Positions 27,307-32,000 of a stretch of 32,000 nucleotides of DNA are shown here, one piece after another. Source of the DNA: Desulfobulbus propionicus DSM 2032 (GTDB taxonomy: Bacteria > Desulfobacterota > Desulfobulbia > Desulfobulbales > Desulfobulbaceae); the NCBI RefSeq assembly GCF_000186885.1, contig NC_014972.1, positions 3,750,001 through 3,782,000 on the forward strand, in the 5' to 3' direction. A program made the position numbers and the translations under genes. Below the pieces are notes generated by a model. The model had not been told where the DNA came from. It did no database searches and was given only the letters and a program-made list of their open reading frames with translations. Each line of letters begins with the position of its first letter. Positions within the stretch are counted from its first letter, which is position 1.

Positions 27307-27915
27307 TCAGCGCGCATTTCGCGGCCACTGGAGCAGTTCTTTTTCAGTGATGACGATATCCATGGGGATATCATAGGGAAAGACCGGAAGTCGCTCGACC
27401 ACTTGCAGGGAGAAGGCCAGGCCGATTCTGCGGGCCTGAGCGGCGGCTCCGGAAAGAAAGCGGTCATAATAGCCGCCTCCGTATCCAAGGCGATATCCCT
27501 GTCGATCAAAAACCGCGCCGGGCACCACCACTATTTCAATGGTTTCCAGGGGCAACAGTCTGCTGGGGATCAGGGCAGGAAGCGGCTCGGGAATGCCCTT
27601 GTAGCCGGGGGCCAGATCCGCGTCTGGATCGGTGATCGCAACGGCTGCCATCCTCGATTGGTCGGGTCGGGTCAAGGGCACGCTGACCGTCTTTCCCGCC
27701 CGCAGACAACGGCGGATCAGTTCCGTTGTTTCGACCTCGCTGTGATAGTTGCAGTAGATGAACAGGTGGTTTGTGTCGCGGAAAACGGGCAAGGCGAGCA
27801 GAGCCTCGATGATTTGCAGGCTCAGCCGCGTTCTTGCCACGGGCGAAAGAAGACTCCGCTGAGCAAGAAAACGGCTCCGCAGTGCCTGTCGATCAAGTGC
27901 CTGGGGGGTGCTCAT
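27307..27915 (-). CDS. 5-formyltetrahydrofolate cyclo-ligase family protein
   Basis: Internal start MSTPQALDRQALRSRFLAQRSLL; IEIVVVPGAVFDRQGYRLGYGGGYYDRFL is the diagnostic motif. Confidence 0.92.
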   Translation of the reverse strand: MSTPQALDRQALRSRFLAQRSLLSPVARTRLSLQIIEALLALPVFRDTNHLFIYCNYHSEVETTELIRRCLRAGKTVSVPLTRPDQSRMAAVAITDPDADLAPGYKGIPEPLPALIPSRLLPLETIEIVVVPGAVFDRQGYRLGYGGGYYDRFLSGAAAQARRIGLAFSLQVVERLPVFPYDIPMDIVITEKELLQWPRNAR

Positions 27916-27992
27916 CGGTGATGCGGAAGGATGAAAAAAGGGCGGCACCCATAAGGATACCGCCCATTGAGTCGTTGTTGCTGCCCACCGAT

Positions 27993-29261
27993 TTACATCG
28001 GCAGAAGCAACTTGTTGGTGTCCTCGTTCCAGGTCACCACCAGATACCACAATGTCGAGAAACCAACGATCAAGGCCATGGTATACCCATATCCCATGAC
28101 ATCAGGCAGATATACATAGCTGCCGAGATAGCCGTTTTCCTCGAAATTGAAGGCTGAAAACCATGCCACCATCAGGGAGTTGGAAATCGAGAAAAAGGGC
28201 ACACATACCCACAGTTTGATCTGTCCCTCGCCAACACGCCAGAGCGCACCGGAACCGCAACCGCCCGCCAGCATCGCCCCCAGGCCGAAGATGAAGCCGC
28301 CAACCACGCCACCCCAACCAAAGGTGCCGCGCACATAGTTCATCGGATCGAGCACCGGATCGCCGCCAAGACGGGTGCCCACGCCGTATTTGAGGACTGC
28401 GGCGCCCACGGCGACAATGACGATCGACAGGGCCACGGACTTGGCCATCTTGCAGTCACCGGTCATATGCGGTTCGCGGAATCCCTGGATCATGCACCAA
28501 CGGCCGCGCTGCATGGTATAACCAAGGCCGACGGCAATCAGCAGAATGCCGGACAACGAAGTAATATATTCGACAAAGTCATCCCCATCGAAGGTGGCGT
28601 AGTAGTTGGCACACCATATCACGCCGACCACGCCGGCAACACCGAGCACCCATTGAATGGGATACGGAATATTGAGGGTAAAGGATCCCCCTCCGCCCCA
28701 GGTGATGAGTTCCATCTCTTTATACAGGAGCCAAAGGCCGAGCAATACACCGGGAACCAAACCGATCCACATGGCAAAACCGTTGGCGGCGAGGTTGCCG
28801 ATGGCGTTGTACATACCGCCGACATTACACCCACCGGCCAGGGCCGAACCGATGCCCATGAGCACACCGGCGATCATCGCTTTGACATACTCACGAACCG
28901 GCGGAAAACGGAAGGCGAACTGACCGCCAAGGCAAGCGGAAATAAAGGCGCCGCCGATGAATCCCAGACCGATGACCGAGCCAGTGTTGAACAGGAAGGA
29001 TTTGGTCAGAATCTTTTCGCCGTCCTCGTTGACAAACCCGACCAACTCGGCCAGATCACCGTTGAATATGCCGGCATGCCACAGCATCCAATCGCCCCAG
29101 TTACGGATGGCGCCGACCGCTCCCCAGGGACGCCACCAGGCCATGATGAGGATGCTCAACAGGGCGACAATGATGCCAGTGAGTGTGGGATTCCACTCCT
29201 CCTGACAGAGCACCTTGTACAAATGTCTAATCTTTTGCCACAAAACCTTCACGTCTTCCAT
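27993..29261 (-). CDS. YeeE/YedE-family (TsuA-like) inner-membrane sulfur/selenium transport protein
   Basis: Polytopic protein with GSALAGGCNVGGMYNAIG, QRGRWCMIQGFREP, GLGAMLAGGCGSGALWRVGEGQ; start MEDVKVLWQKI chosen at 29261. Confidence 0.88.
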   Translation of the reverse strand: MEDVKVLWQKIRHLYKVLCQEEWNPTLTGIIVALLSILIMAWWRPWGAVGAIRNWGDWMLWHAGIFNGDLAELVGFVNEDGEKILTKSFLFNTGSVIGLGFIGGAFISACLGGQFAFRFPPVREYVKAMIAGVLMGIGSALAGGCNVGGMYNAIGNLAANGFAMWIGLVPGVLLGLWLLYKEMELITWGGGGSFTLNIPYPIQWVLGVAGVVGVIWCANYYATFDGDDFVEYITSLSGILLIAVGLGYTMQRGRWCMIQGFREPHMTGDCKMAKSVALSIVIVAVGAAVLKYGVGTRLGGDPVLDPMNYVRGTFGWGGVVGGFIFGLGAMLAGGCGSGALWRVGEGQIKLWVCVPFFSISNSLMVAWFSAFNFEENGYLGSYVYLPDVMGYGYTMALIVGFSTLWYLVVTWNEDTNKLLLPM

Positions 29262-29482
29262 TCTTGCACAGCCTCCTTGTCCCTTTAATGATAATGGCAC
29301 CTAACGCAAACTTCTTAAAAATAGGCATCTTTTACTATAAATGTGCAAAAATACCGTTGCCCATGTATTTTGTCAATAACGGCAATCTATTTGCTGGATA
29401 ATATATAACAATTTGTTTTTATTGTATAAAAAAAATGATTTTCGCTTCAATTCTGAAGCCTCATTCAATTTTTGTTTCTAAC

Positions 29483-29511
29483 TTGACAACCCAGGCTTTA
29501 ATCTATAAACT
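29483..29511 (+). promoter_or_regulatory. candidate sigma70-type promoter for the tusA/dsrE-like operon
   Basis: TTGACA (29483..29488), 17-bp spacer, TAAACT (29506..29511); about 66 bp before the tusA-like ATG. Confidence 0.4.
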
Positions 29512-29577
29512 AAATTGTCTTTTTTTCATGTATAAAATGGTCTTTTTAACAAAGCATTTCCTTAAGGAGAACCCACA

Positions 29578-29835
29578 ATGAGTGACGTAAAAGTAGCCCC
29601 TGAAGGTCTGGATGTCGCCGCTGTTCTGGATGCACGTGGTCTAAGCTGCCCCATGCCGCTCCTCCGCACCAAAAAAGAGATTGGCAAGATCAGCTCCGGC
29701 CAGATCCTGCACATCCAGGGAACTGATCCCGGTTCCCGTAACGATATCCCCGGTTGGTGCGAGCGTGCTGGTCATGAGTATCTCGGCGAGAAGGAAGAGG
29801 CTGGCTACATTAGCTTTTTCATTAAAAAAGGATGA
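29578..29835 (+). CDS. TusA-family sulfur carrier protein
   Basis: 85 aa; LDARGLSCPMPLLRTKKEIGKISSGQILHIQGTDPGSRNDIPGWCERAGHEYL; CPxP motif; AAGGAG SD. Confidence 0.93.
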   Translation: MSDVKVAPEGLDVAAVLDARGLSCPMPLLRTKKEIGKISSGQILHIQGTDPGSRNDIPGWCERAGHEYLGEKEEAGYISFFIKKG

Positions 29836-29876
29836 TCATTCCATCGTCACTGTCCTTTTGAAGGAGGAAAAAGCCC

Positions 29877-30209
29877 ATGGCTGCCGATCCAAATAAACTC
29901 GGGATTTTCGTTACCTCTCCTCAGCATATGCGTCACATCCTTGGCATCACCAAGGCTGCGGTACGCGCCGGAAAAAAGGTAATGGTTTTCTTTACCTATA
30001 AATCCATCCACCTGACCAAGAATCCGCTGTTCTATGAACTGACCCAGCTGTGCGCGGTCGAGGACATCGCCATCTGCGCGGACAGTTATATCTGTGAAGG
30101 ATTTGATAACGTCAACGACATTCCTCGTGGTCTGATCGACAAGCAGATGCGGACCCAGGCTTTCCATGGCGCCATTCTTGACGAGTGCGCCAAGTATATC
30201 GTCATGTAA
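29877..30209 (+). CDS. DsrE/DsrF-like family protein
   Basis: 110 aa; KLGIFVTSPQHMRHILGITKAAVRAGKKVMVFFTYKSIHL...IAICADSYICEGF; downstream of tusA-like gene. Confidence 0.75.
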   Translation: MAADPNKLGIFVTSPQHMRHILGITKAAVRAGKKVMVFFTYKSIHLTKNPLFYELTQLCAVEDIAICADSYICEGFDNVNDIPRGLIDKQMRTQAFHGAILDECAKYIVM

Positions 30210-30221
30210 GGAGAGACGGAA

Positions 30222-30569
30222 ATGGAATCATTGAAAGTGTACATCCTGATCGCCAACCGTGTATACAATGACGGTATCCGCTCCGGTCTGGGTCTTGCCG
30301 TTGAGAATCATTATGCCTTCCCCGTAATTATGAACGGTGAATTTCCACGGTTTTCCAACTATATGTCGGAGAACATCGCCTGGATCTCCGACATGGAAGG
30401 CCAGGTCTACAGTTGCGGTGCCGAGGCTCCCACCGACCTGCCGGAAGGAACCGAGATCGCTAACATTTCTCTGGAAGAACTCGGCGAGGCAATGCGAGAA
30501 GCCGATTTTATCATTCCCTATGGTCTTCCCAAACAATCCCACGAGCCGCCCGCTGCTTGTAGCGAATAA
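30222..30569 (+). CDS. DsrE/TusC-like family protein
   Basis: 115 aa; MESLKVYILIANRVYNDGIRSGLGLAVENHYAFPVIMNGEFP; GGAGA-type SD, 12-nt gap from previous gene. Confidence 0.6.
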   Translation: MESLKVYILIANRVYNDGIRSGLGLAVENHYAFPVIMNGEFPRFSNYMSENIAWISDMEGQVYSCGAEAPTDLPEGTEIANISLEELGEAMREADFIIPYGLPKQSHEPPAACSE

Positions 30570-30581
30570 AAGGAGCACACT

Positions 30582-30770
30582 ATGAGTGGTGATACCATGA
30601 AAATACTGCAGGTTTATCGATCCGAACCCACCGAGGATGTCAAAAAATTGGTTGAGATTCTCAACCGTGACCGGGTAGCCGACGAGTTCAAGCTGTACAT
30701 CGGCGAACCGAACTACGATATTCTCGTTCAGAAAATTTTCGCCAACGACAAGACTGTTTGCTGGTGGTAA
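30582..30770 (+). CDS. small DsrH/TusB-like or uncharacterised sulfur-relay operon protein
   Basis: 62 aa (or 57 aa from the internal Met): MKILQVYRSEPTEDVKKLVEILNRDRVADEFKLYIGEPNYDILVQKIFANDKTVCWW; same operon, followed by terminator. Confidence 0.6.
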   Translation: MSGDTMKILQVYRSEPTEDVKKLVEILNRDRVADEFKLYIGEPNYDILVQKIFANDKTVCWW

Positions 30771-30800
30771 TTCTTCCCCTTTAGACTGAAACATGCTGTG

Positions 30801-30829
30801 AACCCTGCCATTGCGAGAATGGCAGGGTT
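30801..30829 (+). terminator. rho-independent terminator at end of tusA/dsrE-like operon (possibly shared with the convergent gene)
   Basis: AACCCTGCCATT-GCGAG-AATGGCAGGGTT perfect 12-bp stem followed by TTTTTATTTT. Confidence 0.95.
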
Positions 30830-30845
30830 TTTTATTTTCAGGCCT

Positions 30846-31964
30846 TCAAGACGCCGCGAGAATGGTTTCCATGAGACGATCATGGAATATCGGTCGAAAG
30901 GGACGTATTTTTATATTTTCCCGAGAAGGATGAACACGGTTGGTCAACAAGACGATAATAACCTCCTGTTCGGGATCGATCCAGAACGAGGTGCCGCTGA
31001 ACCCCAAATGGCCGACGCTGTGTGCCGAAAACAAGTGCCCGCTGCTCGAACGACCCGGGGTGGGTGTGTCGAAGCCCAGGCACCAGCTGCTCGACTGGTG
31101 CCGACGGGTCAACGCCTCCCGTAACAAAGCATTGGCAAAGGCCGGATGACTGTTCCGCCCTTTCCATATATCTAGCAGTCGTTCACACAGGCGCATAACG
31201 GCCTCAATCGTGCCAAACAGACCGGCATGCCCCGCCACCCCTCCCATCAACCAACAATGTTCGTCATGCACCTCTCCCTGTAACAGTCTCTGCCGCCAGA
31301 GGCATTTTTCGGTGGCCGCGATGGTGCCGGTGTGTTCATCGGTCCACGTTTCGTTCAGCGGCCGAAAACGCAGCGTTGAAGATATCTGCAACGGTTCTGT
31401 GATCACCGTGCTAAACAGGTGATCAAGACGGGTTGCTGTCGTGTGCTCGATGAGCCATCCCAGAAGCATGAAGCCGAGATCACTGTACACGCAGGTCGAT
31501 CCCAGCGGATAGTCGATTGGTTCCCGAATGATTTTTTCCAACAACAGTCCTTTGTTTCGTGGCGATTGACGGGGATTAAACTGGGCAAAATAGGGCTGAT
31601 AGGCCGGTAATCCCGACGAATGCTGCAACAGATGCCGTATTGTGATGGCTTCTTTTTCCGGCTCAAGGTCAGGTGCAAGGGGGGGCAGCCCTGACTGACA
31701 CAACCGCATCTGTCCCGTTTCGAGTAAATGCAAGACACAGAGGGTGGTGCATAACGGTTTGGTCAACGAGGCCAGGTCAAAGAACGTTTCCGCCTTCACT
31801 GGCTGGCCGTGCGCATCGCTTCTGGTCCTTCCGCCACTGAACCAGGATCTGGAGCGGACCCCATGTCGTGTAACACTGACCGCTGCGGAGACCCCGCAGA
31901 ATACCCCTTCTTCGAGACCCTGGCGACAGAGCTCGGACAGCTTTCTATTTATTTGATTTTTCAT
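30846..31964 (-). CDS. beta-lactamase-family serine hydrolase
   Basis: ETFFDLASLTKPLCTTLCVLHLLETG (SxxK), IRHLLQHSSGLPAYQPYF, YPLGSTCVYSDLGFMLLGWLIE (YSD), GHLGFSGTSFWIDPEQEVIIVLLTNRVHP; ATG start at 31964 chosen. Confidence 0.88.
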   Translation of the reverse strand: MKNQINRKLSELCRQGLEEGVFCGVSAAVSVTRHGVRSRSWFSGGRTRSDAHGQPVKAETFFDLASLTKPLCTTLCVLHLLETGQMRLCQSGLPPLAPDLEPEKEAITIRHLLQHSSGLPAYQPYFAQFNPRQSPRNKGLLLEKIIREPIDYPLGSTCVYSDLGFMLLGWLIEHTTATRLDHLFSTVITEPLQISSTLRFRPLNETWTDEHTGTIAATEKCLWRQRLLQGEVHDEHCWLMGGVAGHAGLFGTIEAVMRLCERLLDIWKGRNSHPAFANALLREALTRRHQSSSWCLGFDTPTPGRSSSGHLFSAHSVGHLGFSGTSFWIDPEQEVIIVLLTNRVHPSRENIKIRPFRPIFHDRLMETILAAS

Positions 31965-32000
31965 TTTTTTAAAGCTTCTTTTATCAAACAATTTGTTTGA

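Noticed and set aside
29370-29404. TTGTCA / TAATAT pair as a promoter between yedE-like and tusA-like genes
   Set aside because: Spacer of 23 bp is too long for a sigma70 promoter; TTGACA-N17-TAAACT further downstream is more plausible for the tusA-like operon.
1-32000. CRISPR arrays, tRNA/rRNA genes, IS elements
   Set aside because: Scanned for regularly spaced repeats, tRNA-like cloverleafs and transposase ORFs; none seen by eye.

Overview
The left ~20 kb (about 1-19790, all minus strand, tightly packed) reads as an extracellular contractile injection system (eCIS, phage-tail-like particle) operon. In transcription order it encodes: tail sheath, tail tube, a T4 gp51-like hub-assembly chaperone with Cys pairs, a low-complexity/disordered protein with a conserved-looking C-terminal tail, a DUF4255/Pvc16-like protein, an AAA+ ATPase, a 78-aa protein, an Afp7-like pair (215 aa and a LysM protein), gpD-like hub, gpV-like spike, gp25-like wedge, two gpJ-type baseplate proteins, a gpI-like tail protein, a DUF6519-like 1042-aa protein, and, cut by the left window edge and absent from the supplied ORF track, a DUF4157 (eCIS-core) protein. 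No capsid, terminase, portal, integrase or transposase is visible. The right ~12 kb looks like ordinary chromosome: a P-loop kinase-like protein, a YchJ/SEC-C protein, ilvC with a divergent ilvY-like LysR regulator, a universal stress protein, a SWIM zinc-finger protein, 5-formyltetrahydrofolate cyclo-ligase, a YeeE/YedE transporter divergent from a TusA/DsrE-like sulfur-relay operon, and a serine hydrolase. The sulfur-relay genes and high GC would suit a sulfur-metabolising proteobacterial or desulfobacterial host, but that is only a guess. All family names come from recognising sequence motifs by eye; no database search was run.
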